A DNA stretch of 32,000 bases from Haloferax volcanii DS2 (GTDB lineage Archaea > Halobacteriota > Halobacteria > Halobacteriales > Haloferacaceae). This document shows positions 1-9,005 of the stretch, in pieces; the first letter of the stretch is position 1; every line of letters begins with the position of its first letter. The DNA is taken from NCBI RefSeq assembly GCF_000025685.1, contig NC_013964.1, positions 405,907 through 437,906 on the forward strand, written 5' to 3'. The translations under genes were made by a program, and so were the position numbers. The notes under the pieces were generated by a model, which saw only the letters and a program-made list of their open reading frames with translations, did no database searches and was not told the origin of the DNA.

Positions 1-101
1 TCAAACGCGTCATCGACAACGCCGTCGAGTGGGCGACGCCGACCGAGGGCGCGTCGGCGCGGTGGGGGAAGACCGACCCGCTCGAACACGTCGAGGAGTG
101 A
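1..101 (+). CDS. C-terminal fragment of a CDS cut by the window start; product unknown (possibly ThuA-like, not verifiable here)
   Basis: Frame 3 reads KRVIDNAVEWATPTEGASARWGKTDPLEHVEE followed by TGA at 99-101. Third positions are GC-rich and the tail is acidic. The antisense track ORF 10..243 is Arg/Pro-rich and looks spurious. Confidence 0.35.
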   Translation, partial: KRVIDNAVEWATPTEGASARWGKTDPLEHVEE

Positions 102-303
102 GCGGAGCGGCGCGCGTCGGCGCGGAGACTGTTCCCCACTGAAGAACGACGACCACAACTGCTGCTGAACGAATTCGCTCTTTGGTCACTGGGAGAACTG
201 GGAGGATGTTCGACCTCGGGGTCGAGCAGCGGGACGGCCACACATACCAGATTTAGATATATATTTGAAAATTGGTGATTCAACGTAGAACAGCAACAGG
301 AGG

Positions 304-729
304 CTACGACGTGCTCGCGGTGGGGTTCCACCGTGAGCCGACAGTCCGCATCAGCCATCCGCCGATTCGACCGCACCCCAGACCGAACATGGAGGCGAGA
401 CAGACGACGACCCCGCCGGCGAATGCGAAGAACGCGACTCTGGACAGCGGCCACGCCACCGTCGTTCCCGTCGTCACCGCGAATATGACCAGTTCTAGAA
501 CGCCGCCAAGAAAACCGGCGTAGAGTCCGGCGGCGTCCGAGTCCACCGAGCGGACCGCGGCGACGACTCCCGCGGTGACCGCCCCGAATATCATCATCCC
601 GGCACCGACGGTCGCCTCCGAGTTCGGGAACCAGTTCACCACGGCACTGATGGGAAGCGAGGCTATCGCCCCGACGAGCGCGGCGTTCCATTCCGGAGAG
701 AGGGCACTGAATCGGGGAATCGAGACCAT
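304..729 (-). CDS. small multi-pass membrane protein (resembles the haloarchaeal DUF5518 family, from memory)
   Basis: Track ORF 304..735. The translation is Gly/Ala/Val-rich with 3-4 hydrophobic segments. The first codon at 735 is GTG and an ATG follows at 729. An AT-rich box (AAATATATG on the minus strand, 757-765) lies about 25-30 nt upstream. Confidence 0.6.
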   Translation of the reverse strand: MVSIPRFSALSPEWNAALVGAIASLPISAVVNWFPNSEATVGAGMMIFGAVTAGVVAAVRSVDSDAAGLYAGFLGGVLELVIFAVTTGTTVAWPLSRVAFFAFAGGVVVCLASMFGLGCGRIGGWLMRTVGSRWNPTASTS

Positions 730-980
730 ACGCACGTATGTAAGACGGCTAAGAAGTCATATATTTGGCGGGGTTTGACCGCGGGGGTCGAACTGTACTC
801 GGCGTCCGGGCCGTTCGTGGTACTGTTCGCAGACTGTGGGGCCGGCGATGACGACAGGACCCTCGGAGCGATAAATGTCATAAGTAGTAGATGAATAGAA
901 TCTATAAAGTATTTTGATATATTGTAATCGGGGTTCGGTTCCGACGCAAGAGATACTACAATGCCCGCAGAACGTGTTTC

Positions 981-1334
981 ATGGCAGACAGTACAACAGT
1001 CGACGAACTGGTCGTCACGAAGCTTTCCGACGCAACCTCGACAGCACTCGAAGGCGGTCGCACGGAGTCGGTCGAACTACGCGGCGTGTCGGTCACGCGA
1101 GCGACGCTGGAGCCGGGGTGGGGAGCGGAAGCCGACCGCGACGGAACGGAACCCGACTACTGTCAGAGCGCCCACGACATCTACGTCGTCTCCGGGACGC
1201 TCGGTCTCGAACTGGACGACGGGGCGCGGACGGAGATTGCCGCCGGCTGTGCCGCGACCATCCCGCCGGGGCATCGCGGCTGGACGGTCGGAGACGAGCG
1301 ACTCGTCTATCTGGAGTTCGACCCGAGCGAGTAA
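981..1334 (+). CDS. cupin-domain protein
   Basis: 117 aa with an ATG start. It has beta-barrel cupin-like motifs (LEPGWGAE..., HDIYVVSGTLGLELDDG, IPPGHRGW). The composition is acidic and third positions are GC-rich. Confidence 0.7.
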   Translation: MADSTTVDELVVTKLSDATSTALEGGRTESVELRGVSVTRATLEPGWGAEADRDGTEPDYCQSAHDIYVVSGTLGLELDDGARTEIAAGCAATIPPGHRGWTVGDERLVYLEFDPSE

Positions 1335-1376
1335 CCGTGACTACCATACCGCCGGTCCGCGTAGCCTCCCGACGAG

Positions 1377-2207
1377 ATGTCCCGATTCGTGGCGGCCGCG
1401 TGCCAGCTAGACTCCCGAGACGACAAGGCGGCGAACGTGGAGCGGGCGCTCGGCCTCCTCGACGAGGCCGCGGCCGACGGCGCTGATTTCGTGGCGTTCC
1501 CGGAGATGACGACCTTCATCGGCCCGGAAGAGCGGTTCGCAGAGGTCGCGGAGGCGCTGGATGGCCCGACGATACAACGGTTCTCGGAGAAGGCCCGCGA
1601 GCACGGCGTCTTCGTCCACACGGGCAGTTTCTTCGAGCGGATTCCGGACAGCGACCGAGTCTACAACACGTCGGCGCTCATCGGCCCGAGCGGCGAGGTG
1701 CTCGACACCTACCGGAAGGTCCACCTGTTCGACATCGAACTCGACGGCAGCGTCGAACACCGCGAGTCCGACTACGTCGCCCCCGGCGATAGGCCGGTGA
1801 CGGTCGATACCGACCTCGCGACGTTCGGCCTCTCTATCTGCTACGACCTTCGGTTTCCGGGGCTCTACCGGGCGATGGCGCAGTCCGGCGCGAACGTCCT
1901 ACTCGTCCCGTCGGCGTTCACGATGCACACCGGAAAAGACCACTGGGAGCCGCTCCTTCGCGCCCGCGCCATCGAGAATCAGGCGTACGTCATCGCGCCC
2001 GGCCAAATCGGGGACAAGCCGTCGTGGGTCGAGACCTACGGCCGCACGCTCGTCGTCGACCCGTGGGGGAACGTGATTTCGAAGGCGCGGGACCGCGAGG
2101 AAGTCGTCACGGCGACCATCGACCTGTCGCATCTGGACGAGATTCGCCGCGACATGCAGACGCTCCAGCACGCGCGACCGGACGTGTACGAGCGGTCGGA
2201 GAAGTGA
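1377..2207 (+). CDS. carbon-nitrogen hydrolase (nitrilase superfamily, Nit/omega-amidase-like)
   Basis: 276 aa. The Glu-Lys-Cys triad context is visible: VAFPEM, YRKVHLFD, GLSICYDLRFP. It lies 43 nt downstream of the cupin gene, so the two are probably co-transcribed. Confidence 0.9.
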   Translation: MSRFVAAACQLDSRDDKAANVERALGLLDEAAADGADFVAFPEMTTFIGPEERFAEVAEALDGPTIQRFSEKAREHGVFVHTGSFFERIPDSDRVYNTSALIGPSGEVLDTYRKVHLFDIELDGSVEHRESDYVAPGDRPVTVDTDLATFGLSICYDLRFPGLYRAMAQSGANVLLVPSAFTMHTGKDHWEPLLRARAIENQAYVIAPGQIGDKPSWVETYGRTLVVDPWGNVISKARDREEVVTATIDLSHLDEIRRDMQTLQHARPDVYERSEK

Positions 2208-2234
2208 GGACAAGACGCGGGCGACTCGGCTCGA

Positions 2235-4568
2235 TTAGCTCCCGCCGAGGACGCGCTTGAACAGCGTGAACGTGAGCAGGGTGAAGAACAGTCCGTTCAA
2301 CATCCCCTGACTCGCCGCGAGCACCCGCGCCGCCGGCCCGAGCGGATTGATATCGCCGTAGCCGACCGTACTGAAGCTGATATAGCTGTAATAGACGTTG
2401 TCGAAAAGCACTTCCATCGTCGTTTTGTCGACGGCGGCGGGGTCGAAGACGCTCCCCGCCTGCGTCAGGAACGGCCCGCCGAGGGCGTAACACAGTCCGA
2501 ACAGCGCCGGGAGGAGGAACGTGAACGCCGCGATTCGCGGGAGTCGGTTGCCGTAGCCACAGGTGACCTGCATGAGCGTGTTCAGCCCCACGCTGGCGAC
2601 CTTCTTGCCGCGGGCCCACGTGTTCAGCGAGTACTCGTTGAGGATGATGTCGAAGTTCTTCTGGCGGTTGTAGTAGTAACGCTTGAACTCGAACTCGCGG
2701 CTCGCGGGGGTGTCGCCGACCGCGTTGGCGCTGTCCTGCGCTTTGCGGTACGTTTCTTCGATGATATCGGGCGTTAGCTCGACGGCGAACTGGCCGGTCG
2801 CGCCGTTGCCGACGAAGTCGTGGATGGTCCAGTCGTTGCGTTCGAGATAGCCGTGGTGGTCGCTGAAGTCGAAGCGGTCGAACTCGGTGAGGCAAAAGCG
2901 GAAGTGGTCCAAAAGCTGGTGTTCGTTGCCGCCGCCCTCCAGCGTCAGGTCGCCGATGGTCGCGCGGGTGAGGTCGTACGGCGTCGGCTCGCCGGAGCCC
3001 TGCGAAATCGTGCCGCCGTCGAGCGTCGCGTCGGTGAAGTCGAGGTAGGTGTCGCGGTCGCCGACGAGCACGCGGAAGCGCGCCGTCTCGAAGTCCGACT
3101 GCCGGAAGTCCGCCCGGTCGTGGAACGTCGTCTCCCAGAACGACGCGCTCGTGAAGTTCGCGGCCTCGAACTCCGCGCCGGCCTCGAAGGTCGCCCCGTT
3201 GAACGAGGCGTTGGCTTCGAGATGTTGCAGTTCGCCCTGGAAGAACGCCCCGCGGAAGGACGCGAGGCCGCGGAACGTGGCGGCGTTGAATCTCACGTCC
3301 TCTTCGAATCGGGCCTCACCGAACCGGGCGTTCGATTGGAACTCGACCGCCTCGAACGAGGCATCGGAGCCGAACGTCGCTTCCTCGGCGACGACGGCGT
3401 CGTGGAACTCGCTGTCGTCGAAGTTCGCTTGCCCGCCGAACGACGCCAAAGAGAGGTCGAACGCGCCGTCGACGCGGAGGCGATAGCAGTCGGTGCGGGC
3501 GGTGAACGTCGCGCGGTCGAAGCTGACCGCGCCCTTGAACACGGCGTCTTTGAAGTCCGAATAGCGGAATCGCGCGAGTTTGTAGTCGGCTTCGCCCTCG
3601 AACGTCGCGCCCTCGAACGTCACGTCGTCGTGGGTCGTCCGGCTGCCGCCGTTGAACTCGACGCCGCGGAACTCGGCCAACTGCATGAATCGGGCGTTTG
3701 CGAAGCTCGCGTCGTCGTCGAACCGCGCCTCGTCGAAGTCGGCCATCTCGTTGAAGCGGACGCCGTCGAACCGCGCGTCGCCCTCGAACTCGACGTGTTC
3801 GAAGTCCGAGCCGGCGGTGAACCGCGCGCCGTCGAACGTCACGTAGTCGAAGAGGGCCTGTCTGAAGCTCGCGTCGTCGCGGAACGTCGCGTCCGCGAAG
3901 GTGATGTGGTCCTCCAGAACGTGACTACTCCCGCTGGTCTCGACGTTGCGGAAACGCGCCGTGCCGTGGAACGTGGCGTCCGCGAAGCTCGTGTCGCCCT
4001 GAAACACCGTCTCGTCGCACCGGACCTCGCCGCGGAAGGTCGCCCCCGAGAAGCGAACGTCCTGTTCGAACGTCGCCTCGTCGGCCGTCACCGCGCCGGT
4101 CACGGTGACTTCCCGGGCGTCCACGTCGCCGGTGACGACCGCCTCATCGAGTTTGAGGCGGTCGACCGTCGCCTCGCGGAGAATCAACCCTTGGTCGAGG
4201 CGGCCGTGGGTGAGGTCCAAGCCCTCGATATCGGCGTGCTGGAAGTTGAGGACGTGGTTCGTCGCGCCGTTGATGTCCTGATAGGTGAGCGAGAGATGCG
4301 GGAGGTCCGCGCCGACGTACTCGTTGACGCGGGTGTCGGGCGACTGGAGGTTCGCCCGGAGCTCGTCGACGATGTCGTCGCCGGTCACGTCGAGCGATGC
4401 GCGCTCGTCGCGGCTCATGTGGAACACGCAGAACTCGCTTTCGGGGTGGGCTTCGTGCGGACACTCCCACGTCGTCTGGAGGTGGGCGTCGGTCTGGACC
4501 GACGGGTCGAACGTGTACCGGCACGACGAGGAGGACATCAACGCCGGCGTGGACTCATTTCTCGACAT
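2235..4568 (-). CDS. pentapeptide-repeat protein fused to a C-terminal 2-TM potassium-channel pore domain
   Basis: 777 aa. The N-terminal Cys/His motif is CPHEAHPESEFCVFH. About 450 aa of A(D/N)LxF-type pentapeptide repeats follow (FxxAxF periodicity throughout). The C-terminus has TM1 (IAAFTFLLPALFGLCYALGG), a pore helix plus selectivity filter (YYSYISFSTVGYGDINP) and TM2 (ASQGMLNGLFFTLLTFTLF). Confidence 0.85.
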   Translation of the reverse strand: MSRNESTPALMSSSSCRYTFDPSVQTDAHLQTTWECPHEAHPESEFCVFHMSRDERASLDVTGDDIVDELRANLQSPDTRVNEYVGADLPHLSLTYQDINGATNHVLNFQHADIEGLDLTHGRLDQGLILREATVDRLKLDEAVVTGDVDAREVTVTGAVTADEATFEQDVRFSGATFRGEVRCDETVFQGDTSFADATFHGTARFRNVETSGSSHVLEDHITFADATFRDDASFRQALFDYVTFDGARFTAGSDFEHVEFEGDARFDGVRFNEMADFDEARFDDDASFANARFMQLAEFRGVEFNGGSRTTHDDVTFEGATFEGEADYKLARFRYSDFKDAVFKGAVSFDRATFTARTDCYRLRVDGAFDLSLASFGGQANFDDSEFHDAVVAEEATFGSDASFEAVEFQSNARFGEARFEEDVRFNAATFRGLASFRGAFFQGELQHLEANASFNGATFEAGAEFEAANFTSASFWETTFHDRADFRQSDFETARFRVLVGDRDTYLDFTDATLDGGTISQGSGEPTPYDLTRATIGDLTLEGGGNEHQLLDHFRFCLTEFDRFDFSDHHGYLERNDWTIHDFVGNGATGQFAVELTPDIIEETYRKAQDSANAVGDTPASREFEFKRYYYNRQKNFDIILNEYSLNTWARGKKVASVGLNTLMQVTCGYGNRLPRIAAFTFLLPALFGLCYALGGPFLTQAGSVFDPAAVDKTTMEVLFDNVYYSYISFSTVGYGDINPLGPAARVLAASQGMLNGLFFTLLTFTLFKRVLGGS

Positions 4569-4725
4569 GGCTGGGGAGGGGCGGACGGCTGCGGTGGGCG
4601 CGCTGAGGACGGCGGGCGTGACGGATGCCGCGAGTCCGGCGGCCGAACCGAGTGCGGCGAGCGCACTCGGGCGTCGGGGCGACGGTCGAACGCGCGGACA
4701 GTCGTATGTGCAACATTGTCTGGTG

Positions 4726-4743
4726 TTTTGATATATATCTTCG
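4726..4743 (-). promoter_or_regulatory. AT-rich TATA-like box upstream of the channel-fusion gene
   Basis: The plus strand reads TTTTGATATATATCTTC in an otherwise GC-rich spacer. It lies about 160 nt upstream of the ATG at 4568, which implies either a long 5' UTR or an unrelated transcript. Confidence 0.25.
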
Positions 4744-4757
4744 GACCGCCGTCGGCG

Positions 4758-5729
4758 TCAGTCGAATATCTCGCGGCGCTCGGACGCCGAGAGTTCGGCG
4801 TGAATCGCGTTGGGCGAGCAGTGTTCGCACTCGCGGGCGGGATTAGTGCTCTGCTCGAAGGTCCAAAGCGGCCACCCGAAGAGGAAAAACGCCTCCATCT
4901 GGTGGCGTTCGATGATGGCCTCGGCGGGCTTGCCGCAGTTCGGACACCACTCGTCGCCGTCGGCCGGCTCTTGGAACGTCACCTTCCGGCGGCCGAATCC
5001 GGCGTTCGAGTACGCCTCGCTTCGGGACATCTCGACGAGGTCCTCGGCTGGATACGGGTCGGCGTCGACCGCGTTGTCGAAGCCGGTGTCGGTCTCGACG
5101 CTCGACGCGAGATACGGCCCGACGCTGACGGTGTTGTCGTAGCCGACGAAGTGAACCGAAACGGCCGCGCCCCGACCCTCGACGCGCACCTCGTGGCCGT
5201 GGCCGACGAGGTAGAACTCCACGTCGGCGGTGACTTTCGTGAGGTCGATGTCGTGGGCCATTCCGACCGCGTAGACGCCCGTGTCCGGGTCGGTCGCGCT
5301 CCCCGACTGCTTCCAGCCGAAGGTGGACACGTCGTAGTCGTCGGGGGCGGCCGCGGGCGTTGCCTCGCCAGCGTAGACGTTCTCCGCGCCGGGTGCCGAA
5401 ACCGCGCCGTCGGCGGCGTCCGCGGCGATGAACACGTCTTCGGCGTCGCCGAGAAGCACGTCGCCGGCGACCGACTGGACGTAGCCGTCTTCGAGACTGC
5501 CGCGGATTTCGGTCTCGACGGCCGCGTCGCCGCCCGTCCCATCGCCGACGGCCGCGTCGTCGGTCACCGGCGCGTGGGTGAAGACGTACTCGGCGTTCTG
5601 CACCGCGAGGTCGCCGGCGACGCTCGCGCCGCCGACGAACACGTCCGCGGGGTCGCGGAGTTCGACCGGGGGTCGTTCGGAGCCGTTGAGCGTCACGTCG
5701 CCGTCGTAGGTGGAAGCGTTTCGGGTCAT
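4758..5729 (-). CDS. hypothetical acidic protein with repetitive beta-rich N-terminal/middle region and C-terminal zinc-ribbon
   Basis: 323 aa with an ATG start. The C-terminus carries CPNCG...x29...CEHC (four Cys, zinc-ribbon-like). The middle segment HGHEVRVEGRGAAVSVHFVGYDNTVSV resembles DUF3060/bactofilin-like repeats (from memory). It starts 16 nt after the upstream gene ends. Confidence 0.7.
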   Translation of the reverse strand: MTRNASTYDGDVTLNGSERPPVELRDPADVFVGGASVAGDLAVQNAEYVFTHAPVTDDAAVGDGTGGDAAVETEIRGSLEDGYVQSVAGDVLLGDAEDVFIAADAADGAVSAPGAENVYAGEATPAAAPDDYDVSTFGWKQSGSATDPDTGVYAVGMAHDIDLTKVTADVEFYLVGHGHEVRVEGRGAAVSVHFVGYDNTVSVGPYLASSVETDTGFDNAVDADPYPAEDLVEMSRSEAYSNAGFGRRKVTFQEPADGDEWCPNCGKPAEAIIERHQMEAFFLFGWPLWTFEQSTNPARECEHCSPNAIHAELSASERREIFD

Positions 5730-5745
5730 CGGTGGGTGTTGGGCG

Positions 5746-6270
5746 TCATCGCTGAGTTTTGGGCGTCATCGTCGTCTCCGTGTGCAGCGCGAGGTCGTAC
5801 TCCGGGTAGGTGTGGTACGTCTCGTAGCCGCCGTCTGCGATGCGGATGGTGGTCCACGCCTCCGGGTCGAACCGGTAGGCGACCGTCGCGTCGTCCGGAC
5901 CGGGGAAGGCGTCAAGCGGCCGGCCTTCGACGACCGTTTGGGCGTCGAGTCGGTCGCTCTCGAAGCTGAACTCGCGTTCCGCGCCGACGGAAAGCGGCGT
6001 CTCGTGGGTTCGCTCGTACGGCAGCGGCTTGCACGAACACAGCTCGTGGAAGTCGAGCGCCGGCAGGCCGACGTAGTGGGACTCGCCGATGACGGTGAGG
6101 ACCGCCGGTTCGCCCGCGAGCGTCGCCGGGGAGACTGTCTTCACGTCCACGGTCGTCAGGTCTGGTGCGTCGGCGCTGTAACCGAAGTACAGTTCCGTCG
6201 GTGTCTCGGCCGGCGGCGACGGGTCGGCGGGGGAAGGCGATTCGGTCGTGGAAGGTGGGTGGGAGGGCAT
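5746..6270 (-). CDS. hypothetical protein (Pro/Ser-rich N-terminus, no recognisable domain)
   Basis: 174 aa with an ATG start 6 nt downstream of the stop of the spermidine-synthase-like gene. Codon bias is good and the composition is acidic. Confidence 0.6.
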   Translation of the reverse strand: MPSHPPSTTESPSPADPSPPAETPTELYFGYSADAPDLTTVDVKTVSPATLAGEPAVLTVIGESHYVGLPALDFHELCSCKPLPYERTHETPLSVGAEREFSFESDRLDAQTVVEGRPLDAFPGPDDATVAYRFDPEAWTTIRIADGGYETYHTYPEYDLALHTETTMTPKTQR

Positions 6271-6276
6271 GGGAAA

Positions 6277-8103
6277 TCAGGTGTCGACGAGGATGTCGTA
6301 GTTCGGGTGGAAGATGGAGTTCTCGCGGACGCCGCGGTAGTGCGGGACCGCGTGCCACTCGACTGCGCCGTAGTGTTCCTCGCGGGCGCGGACGTACCGG
6401 GTCGCGCCGTCGCCGGTGAGTCGGGGGCGGTCGCCGGGGGCGAGCACGTAGAACTGCTCGACGCGCTCGGTCTCGCCGTCGTCGTCGAGGTCCTCGCGCA
6501 CCCAGTAGGAAAGCTCTCGGGTGAAGCCCGCGGCCCCGACGGTGTTGACGAACGCCTTGTGGTGTTCGGGGTAGGCGTCGGGCGAGTAGCCCCACGTCAC
6601 CGCGACGCCGTCCTCGGAGAGGTGGGTTCGGACGGAGCGGTAGAACTCCGTGGAGTAGAGGGTGAGCAGGTCGTCGTCGGTCGCGCCGGGGATGTCGAGC
6701 AACACGAGGTCGTACGTCTCGTTCGTCTTTTGGAGATAGCGGTAGCCGTCCGCGACCGTCGTGTTCAGCCGGTCGTACTCGTAGGCGTCGTCGTGCCAGC
6801 GGGCGAAAAACGGGTCCGTCTTCGCGTCGCGCATGAACTCGCCGTCGAGGTCGACGTGGTCGACGGTGACGCCGTACTCCCGCAGGTGGTCGACGGCAAT
6901 CCAGTCGCCGCCGCCGACGACGAGCACCTTGGTGTCGGGGCCGGGGTCGACCAGCGACATCGGCACGTCGACCAGCCCCTCGTGGTAGCTGTCGGCCCAA
7001 CTCTCGCAGAGTTGGACGGCCGCGCCGAGGCGGAGGCACCGTTCTGTCCGCCCGTCGAAGTGCGGGTTCGGGCCGGTGCCGGTCCAGGTTCGGTCGTACC
7101 GGATGACGTGCTGGTAGGCGGTCGTCTCCTGTGAGGTGACCGTCGCGCGTATCGCGCCCGGCGGGTACTCGTTTTCTATCTGCTGTTCGAGGTAGAGCTG
7201 CGACAGGCGCTCGTCGGCGGCGTCGTGCTTGGCGACGACGCCCGCGTAGGTCGCCGTCAAGAGGAGGCAGACGACGAGGAGCGTCTTCGAGACGCGGGCG
7301 GCCGAAAGCGAGCGGTCGGAGCCGTCCGTTCTGGCGCTGGCGGCCGCGTTCCCGCCGGTGCCGGCGCTTGCGGACGCCTCGTCGCCGCCGAGGGGCCACC
7401 ACGACCACGCGCCGAAGTGGGCGACGAAGACGAGCGCGGCGACCCCGTTGAGGAGCGCCAGCACGAATATCGTCGGGATGAGGCCGATGCCCGGGTAGAG
7501 GACGCGGGCGTAGACGACGGCACCGGCGAGGCCGCCGACGTAGTCCATCGCGAGGACGACCGAAAGCCCGCTTCTGCGGCCCTCGGTCCGCTCGACGGTC
7601 CAGAGGGTGCCGACGGCGGCCACGACGAAATCGTGGATTCGCGTGCCGGCGGTCCGGAGCCACGAGGGCGTCGCCGACCCGTCGCCGTCGAGGTCGTCGA
7701 ACATGCGGGTCAAAAGCGGGAGTTCGAACCCGGAGAGGAACCCGACGACGACGACCGGCAGGCGGGCGACGGTCCAGACGAGTTCCGCGGGCACCGCCTG
7801 CGGGATGCGGACGCTGTTGAGGCCGACGATGAGCAGGAAGCCCGCGGGTGCGGCCGCGGCCAAGAGCACCTCGGTGCGGAAGAAGTTCCCGCCGAGGGTC
7901 TCGCCGTCGAGGTCGTCCGAAAGCGCCGCGCCGATGCCGAGGCTGAAGAAGTACAGCCCGACCGTGATGACGTACTGGGTGACCGTTCCGCCGTACATCA
8001 CCGTCAGCAGCTCCGAGTAGACGAACTCGTAGGCGAAGCTACAAAAGGACACCACGAAGGTGAGCGTCAGGAGCGTCGCCGTGTCGGTTCGTGTGTTAGA
8101 CAT
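6277..8103 (-). CDS. membrane-fused spermidine-synthase-like (polyamine aminopropyltransferase family) protein
   Basis: 608 aa. The N-terminal ~250 aa form multiple TM helices. The C-terminal domain has SpeE-like motifs: VLVVGGGDWIAVDHL, VDLDGEFM, YDLVLLDIPGATDD, LYSTEFY. Confidence 0.85.
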   Translation of the reverse strand: MSNTRTDTATLLTLTFVVSFCSFAYEFVYSELLTVMYGGTVTQYVITVGLYFFSLGIGAALSDDLDGETLGGNFFRTEVLLAAAAPAGFLLIVGLNSVRIPQAVPAELVWTVARLPVVVVGFLSGFELPLLTRMFDDLDGDGSATPSWLRTAGTRIHDFVVAAVGTLWTVERTEGRRSGLSVVLAMDYVGGLAGAVVYARVLYPGIGLIPTIFVLALLNGVAALVFVAHFGAWSWWPLGGDEASASAGTGGNAAASARTDGSDRSLSAARVSKTLLVVCLLLTATYAGVVAKHDAADERLSQLYLEQQIENEYPPGAIRATVTSQETTAYQHVIRYDRTWTGTGPNPHFDGRTERCLRLGAAVQLCESWADSYHEGLVDVPMSLVDPGPDTKVLVVGGGDWIAVDHLREYGVTVDHVDLDGEFMRDAKTDPFFARWHDDAYEYDRLNTTVADGYRYLQKTNETYDLVLLDIPGATDDDLLTLYSTEFYRSVRTHLSEDGVAVTWGYSPDAYPEHHKAFVNTVGAAGFTRELSYWVREDLDDDGETERVEQFYVLAPGDRPRLTGDGATRYVRAREEHYGAVEWHAVPHYRGVRENSIFHPNYDILVDT

Positions 8104-8172
8104 CGATGGAAGGCGAGTCGGTCGCGGCGGACGCGACGATGTCGCCGCGGCGGTCGTCGTGGTTCGTCCCGC

Positions 8173-8898
8173 TCAGATGCGCGGGGAGACTTTCCACTCT
8201 TCCTCGATGGAGTACCCCGCGTCACCGATGCCGTCGGTGACTTCGAGGTCGTAACACTCCCAGCGGAAGTCGTGGTTCACGTCGTCGCCGACGATGTGCG
8301 CGCCGACGCGGTACCAGCCGTCGCGACCCAGTTGGCTCCCGTCGGACATGTCGTACTCGGCGGTGCCGCTCGGGTCCTGTATCTCGCGGTCCCACGGCAC
8401 CGGGCCGGCGTCGGGCGCGTCGTCGCGCATCGCCGCGGTCGACCCGAGGTAGGCGATGCCGAGCGCGGCGACGCCGACCGGGAACCGGCTCACTTTGCCG
8501 GCGTTGTTCTCGTACCAGTCGTCGGCGTAGTCGCCGCCGTGGTACCACGCGTGGCCGTGGACGGTCCGCGGAGCGGAGGCGTAGCCGCCTGTGCCGCGAC
8601 CGGTCGCACCGCGGCCGCCACCGCCGCCGCCCTTTCCTTTCGCGCTCGCGACCCCGACGGGACTGAGCGCGGCCAGCGACTGCGGGTCGAACCCTGACAG
8701 CGACGACTGGTCGGCGGCTTCGTAGCGGGACATCACCCACGTCTGGTCGGCGAGGTCGACGACGAGCGAGCCGTCGGACACCTCGAAGTCGGAGACGACG
8801 CTGGACTTTCGCGGGGGAGGGGAGTTCGAGCCGAGACAGCCGGCGAGCCCGCCGGCGGCCCCGAGACCGGTCAGTTGGAGGAACGTGCGGCGCTTCAT
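8173..8898 (-). CDS. Tat-signal lipoprotein, function unknown
   Basis: The track ORF starts at a TTG (8919). The ATG at 8898 gives MKRRTFLQLTGLGAAGGLAGC, i.e. a twin-arginine motif plus a lipobox Cys. There is a Gly-rich linker (KGKGGGGGGRGATGRGTGG) and a Trp/Tyr/Asp-rich C-terminal domain. Confidence 0.7.
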   Translation of the reverse strand: MKRRTFLQLTGLGAAGGLAGCLGSNSPPPRKSSVVSDFEVSDGSLVVDLADQTWVMSRYEAADQSSLSGFDPQSLAALSPVGVASAKGKGGGGGGRGATGRGTGGYASAPRTVHGHAWYHGGDYADDWYENNAGKVSRFPVGVAALGIAYLGSTAAMRDDAPDAGPVPWDREIQDPSGTAEYDMSDGSQLGRDGWYRVGAHIVGDDVNHDFRWECYDLEVTDGIGDAGYSIEEEWKVSPRI

Positions 8899-9005
8899 GA
8901 GGACTCTCGTCTCTGTCAATCAGAAAACTAGGATAACAGTCTTGTGGTTCGATACGTTCGGCGTGAGAGAAAACCGCGCCGGCCGGTGCGTATCTCGGAA
9001 CGGGG

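Noticed and set aside
736-980. An AT-rich patch (about 870-930) between the divergent membrane-protein and cupin genes was considered as a possible small RNA or second origin-like DUE.
   Set aside because: It has no flanking repeats, no ORB-like core and no stable stem that I could find. It is most simply explained as divergent promoter DNA.
914-1486. Overlapping plus-strand ORFs 914..1486 and 961..1410 cover the cupin gene region.
   Set aside because: Both are Arg/Ser/Thr-rich alternative frames of the cupin and nitrilase genes. Only the 981..1334 frame gives an acidic, motif-bearing protein.
4569-4757. The frame of the channel-fusion gene stays open upstream as far as the stop of the preceding gene. 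It reads ...SPRRPSALAALGSAAGLAASVTPAVLSAPTAA..., which looks like a Tat signal peptide.
   Set aside because: There is no ATG, GTG or TTG in frame anywhere in that stretch. A signal peptide would put the beta-helix outside the cell and invert the topology needed for a 2-TM K+ pore. Ala/Gly/Leu/Ser runs are common in GC-rich non-coding frames. The alternative ATG at 4716 opens an Arg-rich junk frame.
2820-5969. A very long (1049 aa) plus-strand ORF antisense to the pentapeptide-channel gene and its neighbour. Similar long antisense or alternative-frame ORFs occur at 5710..7134, 5912..7663, 7225..8697, 8944..10317, 12651..14333, 21309..22985 and 27565..29100.
   Set aside because: Their translations are Arg/Gly/Val/Glu/Asp low-complexity strings with no motifs. 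Each lies opposite to, or out of frame with, a gene that has clear family signatures. Stop-poor shadow frames of this kind are expected in sequence this GC-rich.
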